Part shown: piece by piece, positions 1 through 12,319 of the stretch | Layout of the letters: every line of letters starts with the position of its first letter | How positions within the stretch are numbered: the stretch's first letter is position 1 | Source of the DNA: Pseudomonadota bacterium | Lineage (GTDB): Bacteria; Pseudomonadota; Gammaproteobacteria; Acidithiobacillales; Acidithiobacillaceae | Reading direction: 5' to 3' | DNA length: 64,000 nt | Assembly: GCA_021821285.1 (NCBI GenBank) | Contig: JAKACQ010000011.1 | Span: forward strand, 9,333-73,332 | Notes under the pieces: model-generated | Told to the model about the DNA's origin: nothing | What the model saw: only the letters and a program-made list of their open reading frames with translations | The model's database searches: none | Program-made: the position numbers and the translations under genes

Positions 1-402
1 GTCCACATCAAAGCCGCCCACCTGGGCGCGGGGAAACTCAACGGCGAAGACCAGCCCGGGACGACCGGAGAGATCCACCACGGCGCGCGATAGGGCTTCG
101 TCCAGTGGGACGTAGGCATGGCCATAGCGCTGGATGCCGGCCTTGTCTCCCACGGCGCGAGCAAAGGTCTGACCGAGGGTGATCCCGATGTCTTCCACCG
201 TGTGATGGGCGTCGATGTCCAGGTCGCCATGGGCTTGAATGCGTAGATCGAAGAGACCGTGACGGGCGATCTGGTGGATCATGTGATCGAGAAAGGGCAG
301 CCCGGTGTGCAGATCCGCTTGTCCCGAGCCATCCAGATTCAGGGCCACGTGGATCTGGGTCTCGAGGGTGTTTCTTTCGACTTCGGCTTGACGCGGATTC
401 AC
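1..402 (-). CDS. hisB: imidazoleglycerol-phosphate dehydratase (5' part; runs off window edge)
   Basis: GTG at 402 overlaps hisC stop (GTGA); translation [17 protein letters not shown]...FLDHMI...[11 protein letters not shown] has the IGPD His motifs. Confidence 0.93.
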   Translation of the reverse strand, partial: MNPRQAEVERNTLETQIHVALNLDGSGQADLHTGLPFLDHMIHQIARHGLFDLRIQAHGDLDIDAHHTVEDIGITLGQTFARAVGDKAGIQRYGHAYVPLDEALSRAVVDLSGRPGLVFAVEFPRAQVGGFDVD

Positions 403-1478
403 AGTAAGGACTCCAATACGGCCAGAAAGCGATCGTTTTCGGCGGGTGTGCCGACCGTCACCCGTAGATATTCGCCGAGGCGAGGGTGGCCTGTAAAGAC
501 TTTGATGAGCACTCCGCCTTCGCGCAGTCCGGAGAAGAGCGCCGCCGCTCGCCCAGGAGCATGGAAGAGCAGGAAATTGGCGGCGCTGGGCCAGACCGAC
601 AGGCCACAAGCGCTGATAGCCCGGAAGAGTCGTTCCCGTTCGGCACGCAGGATCTCGGCCTGGGCTTCCAATACTTCGGCATGACGTAGATAGAAAGCGG
701 CGCTGCGTTGGGTAAGCACGTTGATGTTGTAAGGCAGGCGCAGCTTGTCCAGCTCTTGAATCCACGCGGCCGATCCCGCCAGCATCCCTAGCCGCAAACC
801 CGCCAGACCTTCCTTGGACAGGGTGCGCAGCAAGAGGAGATTGGGGTGGCGGGCCAGACGACCGGCGAAGGTTTTCTGGCTGAAGGCGTGATAGGCCTCA
901 TCGATCACCACAAGACCCGGAGCCGCGGCGATGATCGTTTCCAGATCCGCCTCGGGGAAGAGGCTGCCACTGGGATTGTTGGGCCAGTCGAGAAAGAGGA
1001 TGGCGGGCCGTTGCGCGGCGATCGCGGTCAGCAGGGCCGGGAGATCCAGACGGAAGTCCGGGTCCAGGGGAACGCCCACGAAGGGCAATCCCAATTGTTG
1101 GGTCAGCAGGCGATACATGACGAAGCCGGGTTCCACGGCCATGACGGGGCGCTGGCTGCCCGCCACGGCGGTCACTAAAATCTGGATCAATTCATCGGAG
1201 CCGTTGCCGAGCATGAGTTCTATCCCTGCGGGCAGACCGACGTGCGCCTTGAGGGCGTCGATCAGGGCGACCGGATGCGCGTCGGGGTAGCGATTGAGAG
1301 GGGCATCGGCCAAGCTGCGCAGCCATTCCTCGCGCAGTGCCGCGGGCAGGCCGTAGGGGTTCTCCATGGCGTCGAGTTTGATGAGTCCTTCACTGGGCGC
1401 TACCGCATAGGCTTTGCTGGCCAACAATTCCGGGCGCAACAGGCTGTGCATCAAGGCCGTTGTCGCGTTGTCGCTCAT
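399..1478 (-). CDS. hisC: histidinol-phosphate aminotransferase
   Basis: [41 protein letters not shown] motifs; his operon context. Confidence 0.96.
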   Translation of the reverse strand: MSDNATTALMHSLLRPELLASKAYAVAPSEGLIKLDAMENPYGLPAALREEWLRSLADAPLNRYPDAHPVALIDALKAHVGLPAGIELMLGNGSDELIQILVTAVAGSQRPVMAVEPGFVMYRLLTQQLGLPFVGVPLDPDFRLDLPALLTAIAAQRPAILFLDWPNNPSGSLFPEADLETIIAAAPGLVVIDEAYHAFSQKTFAGRLARHPNLLLLRTLSKEGLAGLRLGMLAGSAAWIQELDKLRLPYNINVLTQRSAAFYLRHAEVLEAQAEILRAERERLFRAISACGLSVWPSAANFLLFHAPGRAAALFSGLREGGVLIKVFTGHPRLGEYLRVTVGTPAENDRFLAVLESLL

Positions 1479-2772
1479 GATCCGGCCGTGGGGATGCGGC
1501 AGGCCGCCGAGCGCGCGTGGGCCGTCAGACCCTCACCCAAGGCCAGGCGTTCAGCGATCCGGCCGAGTTGCGCGGCACCAGCGGGGCTGCTGTGGATGAG
1601 ACTGTTGCGCTTGATGAAGTCATAGACGCCGAGGGCTGAGGAAAAACGCGCACTGCCGCCCGTGGGTAGCACATGGTTGGGGCCCGCGACATAGTCGCCG
1701 AGGGCTTCGCAACTGTGGATACCCATAAAAATGGCCCCGGCATTGTGGATATCCGCCAGCCAGTCTTCGGGATGCGCTACCGCAAGCTCCAGATGCTCCG
1801 GCGCGAGGTGGTCGGCAATGGCGCAGGCTTCGGCGCGGTCATGCACACGGATTACCGCGCCCCGGTCCGCCCAACTCTTGCGGGCGATGGGCGCGCGATC
1901 GAGCTGATCGAGGGCGGCATCCACGGCGGTCACGACCGACTCGATATGCGCGTCATCCCAGCTGATGAGGATACTCTGGGCCAGTTCATCGTGTTCCGCT
2001 TGCGACAGCAGATCCCAGGCCAACCATTCTGCCGGTGCCGAGCCGTCGCTGATCACGAGGATTTCGCTGGGACCGGCAATCATGTCGATACCCACCCGAC
2101 CGAAGACCATGCGCTTGGCGGTGGCCACATAGGTATTGCCGGGACCGACAATTTTGTCCACCGCCGGGATATGCTCCGTCCCATAGGCCAGCGCCGCGAT
2201 CGCCTGCGCACCGCCGATACGGAAGACACGATCCACGCCGGCAATGGCTGCGGCGGCTAGCACCCAGGGATTCACCTGGCCCCGCGGGGTAGGCACCGTC
2301 ATGATGATTTCTTTTACGCCCGCCACGTGGGCGGGAAGGGCATTCATCAGCACGGAACTGGGATAGGCCGCTTTGCCACCCGGCACGTAAATGCCTACCC
2401 GGGACAGGGGCAGGATGCGCTGGCCGAGCACCGTGCCGTCGGCTTCGGTAAAGGTCCAGCTTTCACTGCGCTGATGTTCGTGATAACCGTGGATGCGTAG
2501 CGCCGCTTCTTCCAGGGCAGCACGTTGGGCGGGTTCCAGGCCGTTCAGCGCCGCTTCCCAGTCGCTGCGGGGAATTTCCAGATCGGCGGCGGAAGCGGTC
2601 GTTACGCCATCGAAGCGCTCAGTGTACTCGCGTAGCGCCGCATCGCCCCGATCACGGACCGCAGCGACGATCTCCCGCACCCGCGCTTCGATCTGCGGGT
2701 CCAGATTGGCATCCCAGTCGTGCAGGGCGTGAAACTGGCGGGCAAAATCCGGGTCGCGGGTATCCAGACGTT

Positions 2773-2776
<4 letters not shown>
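1475..2776 (-). CDS. hisD: histidinol dehydrogenase
   Basis: [49 protein letters not shown]. Confidence 0.97.
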
Positions 2777-4697
<1,921 letters not shown>

Positions 4698-5030
4698 TCA
4701 GTCCGCGCGAGTCGCTTGGGCGTTGTCGAGCAGTTTCTGCAGTTCGCCTTGCTGATAGAGGTCGGACATGATATCCGATCCACCGACAAATTCACCCTGA
4801 ATATAGAGTTGGGGGATGGTCGGCCAGTTGGAGTATTGCTTGATGCCATCGCGAATCTGCGGGTCGGCCAAGACATCCACCGTGAAGAGTTCCTTGACGC
4901 CGGACTGTTGCAACAATTGCACGGCGCGCGCCGAGAAACCGCATTGCGGTGCCCGCGGATTTCCCTTCATGTAGAGCACGACGGGGTGTTTCTGGACCTG
5001 TTCCTGAATGAGTTCCTGAATCGTTGCCAT
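4698..5030 (-). CDS. grxD: monothiol glutaredoxin Grx4
   Basis: CGFS active site, WPTIPQLY, GGSD. Confidence 0.95.
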   Translation of the reverse strand: MATIQELIQEQVQKHPVVLYMKGNPRAPQCGFSARAVQLLQQSGVKELFTVDVLADPQIRDGIKQYSNWPTIPQLYIQGEFVGGSDIMSDLYQQGELQKLLDNAQATRAD

Positions 5031-5064
5031 GGTTGTCCTCGCTAACTGGAGATAAAAACGACGC

Positions 5065-5319
5065 TTAGTGCGTCGTGGAGTGACGGTGTTGTTGAGCTTG
5101 TTCGGGGGTCAGGGTGCGCAGCGAGAGGGCGTGGATTTCCGCACGCATGCGTTCGCCCAGGGCAGCATAGACCAGTTGATGCTGCCTGATGAGGGAAAGT
5201 CCGACAAAGGCTGGAGAAACCACCAGTGCCTCGAAATGGGCACCGTCCTCCCCTGAAACCTCGACGAGGGCGTCGGGCAGTTGTTGCTGGATGAGTGATT
5301 TGATCGTATGCGCATTCAT
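5065..5319 (-). CDS. BolA/IbaG family protein
   Basis: DGAHFEA.VVS..F.G.S..QHQLVY.AL...IHALS; start taken at ATG 5319; next to grxD/murA. Confidence 0.88.
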   Translation of the reverse strand: MNAHTIKSLIQQQLPDALVEVSGEDGAHFEALVVSPAFVGLSLIRQHQLVYAALGERMRAEIHALSLRTLTPEQAQQHRHSTTH

Positions 5320-5413
5320 GGGAACGTAGTGTAACGTAAAAAAGCGGCTGTGTGATGGGACCACTTATACCCAGCGGCATCCCCTTGTGCAAGGGGGAAA
5401 TACCGATCCCCTG

Positions 5414-6241
5414 TTACGGGCGCAGCTTATATCCGTCCGCCAGCAGGCGCCAGGCGAGGAGGCCGGTCACTCCCGCGAAGGCGATGCCAACGCCGAGGCA
5501 CACCCACACGCTGGCATCGGAATCCGCAAAAAACCCATAGCGGAACCCGTCAATGATGTAGAAGAATGGATTGAACAACGATATTTGCCGCCAGGCACCA
5601 GTCAGGGACTGTACCGAATAAAACACTCCGGCGAGATAGGTCAGTGGCATGATGATGAAGTTTTGAAAACCGGCAATCTGATCGAATTTTTCGGCCCAAA
5701 GCCCGGCAATCAAGCCTAACGAACCCATCCCGCTGGCGCCTAGCACCGTAAACACGACGATCCACAAGGGGTGCAGCAGGGGTATGTGCAGATAAAGCAA
5801 CGCCAGCGCCAGAATGGCAAGCCCCACCAGCGTGCCACGGAGTACGGAGGCCGCGACCATGGCCCCGAAGATTTCCGTGGGGCTCAATGGACTGAGCAGC
5901 AGGAAGACGATGTTGCCGGTCACCTTGGCCTGGATCAGGCTGGAGGAACTGTTGGCGAAGGCATTTTGCAGGACCGCCATCATCATCAGGCCGGGCACGA
6001 GGAAGGCGGTGTAGCTGACCCCTGGATAGACGGAAACGTGACTCCCCAAGGCATGCCCAAAAACCACCAGATAGAGGAGGGTGGTGATCAATGGCGCCGC
6101 GAGGGTTTGCAGCCAAACCTTGCTGAAGCGCAGGGTCTCTTTGTAAAACAGGGTCCAGGTCGGCACAAAACGGGTGCGGCACGATCCGTGGTTGGAGGGA
6201 CGTAAGGAGGCCAACCGTGCTGTGTTGAAAGTTTCAGGCAT
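5414..6241 (-). CDS. ABC-2 type transporter permease (YadH-like)
   Basis: TLFYKE..RF, FLVPGLMMM, NAFANSSSS, NPFFYIIDGFRYGF; true start may be slightly downstream. Confidence 0.88.
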   Translation of the reverse strand: MPETFNTARLASLRPSNHGSCRTRFVPTWTLFYKETLRFSKVWLQTLAAPLITTLLYLVVFGHALGSHVSVYPGVSYTAFLVPGLMMMAVLQNAFANSSSSLIQAKVTGNIVFLLLSPLSPTEIFGAMVAASVLRGTLVGLAILALALLYLHIPLLHPLWIVVFTVLGASGMGSLGLIAGLWAEKFDQIAGFQNFIIMPLTYLAGVFYSVQSLTGAWRQISLFNPFFYIIDGFRYGFFADSDASVWVCLGVGIAFAGVTGLLAWRLLADGYKLRP

Positions 6242-7670
6242 CGTTGCTGCGCAGACCGGGTTCGAGAATCTCGACGTAAGCGCTGTCGCGAATGCGGCGT
6301 TGCCATTCGTCCATCCGTTCGTGGACGATGCGGTTGTATAATTGCATGCGCGCCGCGGCCATGATCTGCTGTTCTTTTACGATTTGCTGGCGCTGGCCCT
6401 GGGAGTGCATGATGTAAAGGGCATCTCCTTCGCGGATGGGGCTGCTGACACCGCCGACTTGCAGGGAGACCAGCGCGCGTTCGAGATTGTCCGGCAGCCG
6501 GCCGGGGGCGACCCAGCCCAGTTCGCCCCCGTGGGCGGCGGTGCTCTGGTCCTGGCTATAGTTACGGGCCAGTTCGGAAAAACGGGTGCCGTTTTGCAGC
6601 GCCTGCTGGATGTCCTGGGCGCGTGTCTCCGCTTCCTGTAACTGTAGGCCGTTGCCGGCACGGAGGACGATCATGGCCGCTTTGACCTCGGTGACCGTCG
6701 GCTGTTCATGTTTGACATCCAGGAGTTTGAAAATGTGAAAGCCGGTGGGACCGGGGATGATCGGGCTGATGTCGCCCACCTTCAATTGGAGGAGGCTCTG
6801 GGTGACCGAGGGAGGCAGTTCACCCGCCTTGACCCAGCCCAAACGCCCGCCTTGGAGCACATCGTGGCCGCTGCTGACCTGAGTGGCGAGACGGCTGAAG
6901 CTCTCGCCGGCGATCAACCGATCCCGCACCCGGTTGGCCTCACGCCGTGCCGTACTGACGGCATCAGGGGTCGGATTGTCGGGCAGTGCGATGAATATCT
7001 GTTGCAGGTCAAAGCGCACGCCGCCCATCTCTTTGAGTTGCTGCGCGAAGGTTTTGACCTCATCGGGGCCGATGTGGACCCGGTTCTCCACTTCCTGCTG
7101 CATGAGGCGGTCCACCCGGATGCGATCCCTGAGGTCGTTGGTGAAACTTTTCCAGGATTGTCCCTGGTTGACCAAGGCCTGACGCAACTGGTCCGGGGTG
7201 AGATTGTTGGTGCGCGCGAGGTTGTCGATCGCCTGATTCAGGGTGGCCTTATCGACCTTGATGCCCGCACGGTGAGCGATCTGCAACTCGATGTCCTGGA
7301 GGATCATCTGTTGCAACACCTGCCGGCGCAGGATGTCTTCCGGGGGCATGGCGTTGGGGTCTTGCGCCTGCAGGCGCGCGCGCACCGCGCGCACGCGCTG
7401 TTCCAACTGCATGGAAGTGATGATGTTGTCGTTGACCACCGCAACGACCTTGTCGAGATCCTGGGTGTTTTCGGGTAGTGGTGCCACCACGGGCGCTTCC
7501 GCGGAGTTTTCCGAATAGGTTTGTGTGGCCGTCCGCGGTGTGGCCACGGGCGGGGACGGCAGAAGGGTGTCGCGGTTGAGAAAGGGGGTGGCCGCCCAGG
7601 CCGAAGCGGGAGTGGTGCCCAGGACGAGGCCCAGGACGAGTAAAGCGGAACGGCGTTTGAGCAACATCAA
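6234..7670 (-). CDS. surA: periplasmic chaperone/PPIase SurA
   Basis: signal peptide, DKVVAVVNDNIIT, two parvulin domains (GG.LGWV); follows lptD. Confidence 0.92.
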   Translation of the reverse strand: MMLLKRRSALLVLGLVLGTTPASAWAATPFLNRDTLLPSPPVATPRTATQTYSENSAEAPVVAPLPENTQDLDKVVAVVNDNIITSMQLEQRVRAVRARLQAQDPNAMPPEDILRRQVLQQMILQDIELQIAHRAGIKVDKATLNQAIDNLARTNNLTPDQLRQALVNQGQSWKSFTNDLRDRIRVDRLMQQEVENRVHIGPDEVKTFAQQLKEMGGVRFDLQQIFIALPDNPTPDAVSTARREANRVRDRLIAGESFSRLATQVSSGHDVLQGGRLGWVKAGELPPSVTQSLLQLKVGDISPIIPGPTGFHIFKLLDVKHEQPTVTEVKAAMIVLRAGNGLQLQEAETRAQDIQQALQNGTRFSELARNYSQDQSTAAHGGELGWVAPGRLPDNLERALVSLQVGGVSSPIREGDALYIMHSQGQRQQIVKEQQIMAAARMQLYNRIVHERMDEWQRRIRDSAYVEILEPGLRSNDA

Positions 7671-9862
7671 AACTCCATGCTTGCGCCCGGCACATATTGG
7701 CTGAGCAGGCTGTTTGAGGCGTTACCGAGGCTGGTCAGGCCACGCAACACGATCTCCAGATAAAGGACGTTGTTGGACTGTCCGCCGAGAAGGATCTGAT
7801 GATAGACCATCATGTGGGTCGCCCAGCAGCCGCCATCATAGCCGATCCCCACGAGCTCCTCCAGAGGCTTGCGGTCGGTCACGTCATATTGGTAGCTACC
7901 CAGAAGTTGCCAGCGTTTGTAGAGGGGCCAGGCACCGGAGATGCCGGTCTGATTCACGAAATGGCGGGTGAAGCGGTAATCGAGGTTGATGGCACGCTGG
8001 GGGCCGGGCAGCCATTGGGCGCGAAGGTTGAGCCGTTCCAGCTTTTGCCAGGGGGCGTCGACCTGCGAACTGGCGACGAAGTTGATGTCCGGGAGGGGCG
8101 CGTATTGTCCCTCAAAAAAGTAGTTGGATTGCTGGTTCTGGGGAACGATATCGCCAGCGAGATTGATCTGGCGCCGGTTGAAATAACGGATCTGCCCCAT
8201 GGCCGCCTGCCAGAGCTGACGCCCGCTGGGGGTGAGCCAGGTGCCGCGCAGACCCAGTGCCACCTGATTCGCGGCATTGATACGGTCGCTGCCCGTATAG
8301 AGGACGTTATCCGTAAAGATCATCGGGAAGTTCTGATAGGGCTGGCTGGCATCGAAACTGGGGATGCCGTTCTGGGCCTGCAGGGGGATGTAAGTGTATT
8401 TGAACAGGGGCTGCAGCAGTGCGGTGCTGCCGTTGCCGTCATAACGCACGAAATTCAGACCGCCCTTGAGGCTCAGCGCTGGCAGGGTGCGATTGGTGGC
8501 GCGCGCATAGGGGGCGTTGCGCTGGATCTGGTAGTGGCTGTAGTACAGCCGGGCCTGGGGTTCCAAAAATCCCCAACCACGGCTGAAGCGCCAGCCGAGG
8601 GTGGGGATGAGATCGAGACGCTGGCCAATGGGACCCGCAGAGGCCGAGAAGTAGTTGAAGCTGCTGTGCCAGTCGAAATAGCCGCTGCGCCCGACCCGCC
8701 AGTAGCCGTTGGCAAAAAGACGGGGCAACTGGGAGTAGGGCGCGACTCCGCCGGGTACCAATTCCTGGTAGCTTTGCAGCGCGGCCCCAGCCTCAATGTG
8801 GGCGTTGTCGTAGTACAGTCCGCCGGAGGAGGTGAGATAGGGCGCATTACCGATGCCACCCACGAAGCTGCTACCGAATCCCGCAACCCCGCCGAAATCC
8901 GAGAGAAAGTTTTTGTAGCTGACGCGGTTGTAATTGGCATTGAAACTAAAGCCGTCGCCCAGGTTCTGATTGTGTTGCCAGGAAACCGCCCAGATGTTTT
9001 TGTGGGTCAACTGATCGGAGGGAAGCAGATCGAGGTAGAGCTTGCCATTGTAATGGGGTTCCAGGTAACGAAATTCATTCTGCAACATGACGCCGCGACG
9101 GGCGAAGTAGTCGACGGTGACGGTGTCGTCCATGTTGCTGGATATGTTGAAGTAATAGGGAATCCCGAGGTAGAAGCCGTTGATGGTGGAACTACCTATG
9201 CTGGGTGCCAAAAGTCCCGAGTGCCGCTTCAGCGGAAAGCTGAGATAGGGCATCCAGAATACCGGAAGCCCGAAAACATCGACGGTCGTGTCAGCGGTGG
9301 AGACATAGCTGTCATTCTGGTCGAGGTCGATTTGGCCGCTCCAGAGTTGCCAGGCGGGTTTTTCGCCATCACAGGTGGTGTAGCAGGCTTCGTTGAGCCG
9401 ATAGTGGCCTTTGCTGAGTTCCTGGCCATTTGCGGCATGGCCGTGACCATTTTGTGCCTCCAGCAAATAGCGGGGGTGGACGATCACCCCTTCGTTGGCC
9501 CGCAGATGAATGGTGGCTTTGGGGGCGGCCGTAACGAGTCCGGGGCTGACCATGCGCACATGGCCGTCGGCGATGATTTCATCGCGCGCCTGGTCGTAGT
9601 GCACCGTGTCCGCATAGACCCGACGGTCGCCGTACAAGACCTCGACGTTGCCGCTGGCGGTCCAGTGACCGCTGCCGAGGCCGTTGACCTGATCGGCATA
9701 GAGGGTGATCGGGTGCTCTGCCGCCGCGGCGACCGCCAGCCCAGGGACCAACAAGGCACCGAGCAGGGCCTGACGGATGCCGGGCGGGACAACATGCCGG
9801 CGTCTTTCGGCGCGGTTGGGTCGAAGCGGGGACTTTTTACCGTGGTGCAGAGGGCTTTTCAT
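7667..9862 (-). CDS. lptD: LPS-assembly outer-membrane protein LptD
   Basis: jellyroll N-terminus, YTTC..W, SGLLAPS, IPYYFNI, beta-barrel; lptD-surA synteny. Confidence 0.92.
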   Translation of the reverse strand: MKSPLHHGKKSPLRPNRAERRRHVVPPGIRQALLGALLVPGLAVAAAAEHPITLYADQVNGLGSGHWTASGNVEVLYGDRRVYADTVHYDQARDEIIADGHVRMVSPGLVTAAPKATIHLRANEGVIVHPRYLLEAQNGHGHAANGQELSKGHYRLNEACYTTCDGEKPAWQLWSGQIDLDQNDSYVSTADTTVDVFGLPVFWMPYLSFPLKRHSGLLAPSIGSSTINGFYLGIPYYFNISSNMDDTVTVDYFARRGVMLQNEFRYLEPHYNGKLYLDLLPSDQLTHKNIWAVSWQHNQNLGDGFSFNANYNRVSYKNFLSDFGGVAGFGSSFVGGIGNAPYLTSSGGLYYDNAHIEAGAALQSYQELVPGGVAPYSQLPRLFANGYWRVGRSGYFDWHSSFNYFSASAGPIGQRLDLIPTLGWRFSRGWGFLEPQARLYYSHYQIQRNAPYARATNRTLPALSLKGGLNFVRYDGNGSTALLQPLFKYTYIPLQAQNGIPSFDASQPYQNFPMIFTDNVLYTGSDRINAANQVALGLRGTWLTPSGRQLWQAAMGQIRYFNRRQINLAGDIVPQNQQSNYFFEGQYAPLPDINFVASSQVDAPWQKLERLNLRAQWLPGPQRAINLDYRFTRHFVNQTGISGAWPLYKRWQLLGSYQYDVTDRKPLEELVGIGYDGGCWATHMMVYHQILLGGQSNNVLYLEIVLRGLTSLGNASNSLLSQYVPGASMEF

Positions 9863-9891
9863 AGAGGCCTAAAATCGCACAGAATGCTTTT

Positions 9892-10920
9892 ATGTCGCAA
9901 TCTTTCCTTGCCGCTGATTCCCGCGTCGCTCCGGCAGATGCCCCGCTGTCTCCGGCGGCCCGTCGGTGGCTGCGGCAGCGGGGTGTGGCCGTGACGCGGG
10001 CGCGCGCCATTCCTGGAGATGCCAGTGGGCGGCGTTACTGGCGCCTGCCTGGGGATCTGATCTTCATGGATGCCCCGCCGCCGGAGGATATCTTACCTTT
10101 TTTGCGGGTGCAGCGCCGCTTTGCCCGAGCGGCCTTGCCGGTGCCGCGGGTGCTGGCCGCCCAAGTGGTGCCGGGTTTTGTGCTGCTGGAAGATTTGGGG
10201 ACGGTGGATTTAAAAGCCGTGCTGGACACCGGTATGGATGTGGACCGTTGGATGCGGCGGGCGATGGTTTTGATACGGGATCTGCAGTGGGCCGGACAGC
10301 GACAGGGCATGTTGCCCCCCCTGCCGTTTTTTTCGGCCGCCCGCTTGCAAGAGGAACTGACGCTTTTTATCGACTGGTACCTGGGCGAACATCTCGGCCT
10401 GACCCTGGACCCGCATCAGGGGGGCGCCCTGCGGACGCTTTTTGACGCCCTCCTGAAGAACGCAACCAGCCAAGCGCAGGTCTGGGTGCACCGGGATTTT
10501 CACGCGCGCAATCTCATTTGTCAGGGGGCTGCAACGTTGGTCATGATCGATTTTCAGGATGCCGTGCGCGGGCCGTGGACCTATGATCTGGTTTCTCTGC
10601 TCTGGGATCGTTACTGGGATTGGGGGCGGGCACGGCGGGATGCCTGGGCGCTGGATTTTCTGGCGATGGCGCATCCGGGCGTCGCGCCACCCCGCCGCCC
10701 GGCGGATTTTCTGGTCAGTGTCGGGCGCATGGCGCTGCAACGTAACCTCAAGATCCTCGGTATTTTCTGTCGTCTGGCGTATCGGGATGGCAAGATCGCT
10801 TATCTCGATTTTCTGCCACGATTCTGGGCCTACGTTTGGGAGGCCTTGGGCGATGATCCCCAGCTGCTGTCTTATCAGGCGCTTTTCGCCCCATGGGCAC
10901 CACCGTTACCCGGGCGATGA
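9892..10920 (+). CDS. amgK: anomeric MurNAc/GlcNAc kinase (aminoglycoside phosphotransferase family)
   Basis: GDASGRRYWR, MDAPP, HRDFHARNL, IDFQDA, LQRNLKILGIFCRL; divergent from lptD, before murU. Confidence 0.88.
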   Translation: MSQSFLAADSRVAPADAPLSPAARRWLRQRGVAVTRARAIPGDASGRRYWRLPGDLIFMDAPPPEDILPFLRVQRRFARAALPVPRVLAAQVVPGFVLLEDLGTVDLKAVLDTGMDVDRWMRRAMVLIRDLQWAGQRQGMLPPLPFFSAARLQEELTLFIDWYLGEHLGLTLDPHQGGALRTLFDALLKNATSQAQVWVHRDFHARNLICQGAATLVMIDFQDAVRGPWTYDLVSLLWDRYWDWGRARRDAWALDFLAMAHPGVAPPRRPADFLVSVGRMALQRNLKILGIFCRLAYRDGKIAYLDFLPRFWAYVWEALGDDPQLLSYQALFAPWAPPLPGR

Positions 10921-11585
10921 TCTTGGCGGCGGGCCGGGGGGAGCGGTTGCGGCCGTTCACCGACCACATCCCCAAGCCGTTGCTGGAAGTCGCCGGGAAG
11001 CCCTTGATCGTGCGTCATCTGGAGTCGCTGGCGGCGGCGGGCATTCGCGACGTGGTCATCAATGTGGGCCATCTGGGCGATGTCCTCATGCAAGCCTTGG
11101 GTACGGATTGGCACGGGGTTGGCATCCGGTACAGCGACGAGCGTGACGGTCGTCTGGAAACCGGTGGCGCTCTCGTCCGGGCCTTGCCGCTTTTGGGGGA
11201 TGCGCCTTTTTTACTGGTGAATGGGGATATCTGCACCGATTTTCCCTGGTCGCGGTTGTGTCAGCCCTCCGCCTCGCGCGGTCACTTGGTGCTGGTGCCC
11301 AACCCGGCGCAACATCCGCACGGGGATTTCGCGTTGCGCGGCGGCCTGGTGGCTTTGACGGGTGAAGAACGTCATACTTACGCAGGCATCGCCCGCCTCG
11401 ACCCGGCGTTGTTCCGGGATTTCCCCGAGCAGTCCGCCCCTTTGGCCCCTTGGCTGCGGCGGTGGATTGCGGCGGGTTTGCTGGAGGGGACCTTGTATCG
11501 GGGAAGATGGACAGACGTGGGTACCGTGGAGCGCTTGCTGGCGGCGCGACGAGAGTGCGCGGAGGTCGCCGGGCGTGGGCTTTGA
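10893..11585 (+). CDS. murU: N-acetylmuramate alpha-1-phosphate uridylyltransferase
   Basis: AMILAAGRGERLRP..PKPL, LETGG, NGD, W.DVGT; amgK-murU pair. Confidence 0.9.
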   Translation: MGTTVTRAMILAAGRGERLRPFTDHIPKPLLEVAGKPLIVRHLESLAAAGIRDVVINVGHLGDVLMQALGTDWHGVGIRYSDERDGRLETGGALVRALPLLGDAPFLLVNGDICTDFPWSRLCQPSASRGHLVLVPNPAQHPHGDFALRGGLVALTGEERHTYAGIARLDPALFRDFPEQSAPLAPWLRRWIAAGLLEGTLYRGRWTDVGTVERLLAARRECAEVAGRGL

Positions 11586-12009
11586 TCCTTTGGCGGTGCA
11601 GGCCGCCGTTCGTTTGGAGGCGGATCTGCGCGACCGCTGGCGGCGGGAGTGGGGCCTGCTCATGGATCTGGCGGTCTGGGGAGAGATGCGCAGCACCCAG
11701 ATCGGATTGTCGGGCAAATTGCGTAAGCGGGTGCTCGATTTTGGCGAGCGTTTGCGTTCTTATGGAAGTGACCGGAGTTGGATCCCGCATCCCCGGGAGC
11801 AGATCAAGAATGCCCTGAGCACGAGTCTGCAGACCCGCGAAGCGCTGGAAAAAGTCGGTGAAGTGGTCGGCCAGTTCAGCGATGGGGCCGATCTTGCCGC
11901 ATTGCGCGCGCTATGGGCCGCATTGAGCACCGCGCTGCTGGCCGACATCGTGATGCGGGAAGGGCGGTTGGTGCAGTTGCTGAATCAGCAATACCAAGAA
12001 GAAGTTTGA
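11575..12009 (+). CDS. hypothetical helical protein
   Basis: GGAGG RBS then GTG at 11575 overlapping murU end; coding-like composition; family not recognised. Confidence 0.6.
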   Translation: MGFDPLAVQAAVRLEADLRDRWRREWGLLMDLAVWGEMRSTQIGLSGKLRKRVLDFGERLRSYGSDRSWIPHPREQIKNALSTSLQTREALEKVGEVVGQFSDGADLAALRALWAALSTALLADIVMREGRLVQLLNQQYQEEV

Positions 12010-12040
12010 CCCTGTTACCTGGTAGGTTTGCCGCGATATT

Positions 12041-12319
12041 ATGAAGATGGTTTACGCTTTGGTGATTATTGGTGCCCTCGCGCTCTTTACCCTGTTCCTG
12101 TGGTGGGCACGGGGGCCGGTGGATAGTGTCACGACCCGGCAGGGAAGCACGGGTTGGTATGCCCAGCATCCTGACGCGCTGGCGGTCGAGAACCTGAAAT
12201 GTTGGAAATTATTGCAGGCCGCATCCTTTGCGGATGTAGACAAGGTCATGGCCGAACATCCTCACTGCCGTGCGGTCTATGAGGCGATCCAGAAGCAGGA
12301 TTCCGCCCATGCGGATTGA
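12041..12319 (+). CDS. small membrane-anchored hypothetical protein
   Basis: N-terminal hydrophobic helix, WYxxH motif, two Cys; end overlaps kdsD start. Confidence 0.6.
   Translation: MKMVYALVIIGALALFTLFLWWARGPVDSVTTRQGSTGWYAQHPDALAVENLKCWKLLQAASFADVDKVMAEHPHCRAVYEAIQKQDSAHAD

Noticed and set aside
7799-9994. 731-aa plus-strand ORF opposite lptD (and similar long antisense ORFs at 12246-13940, 28039-29583, 49894-51585, 62064-63485)
   Set aside because: Shadow frames expected from high-GC codon bias; no motifs; fully overlap well-supported genes
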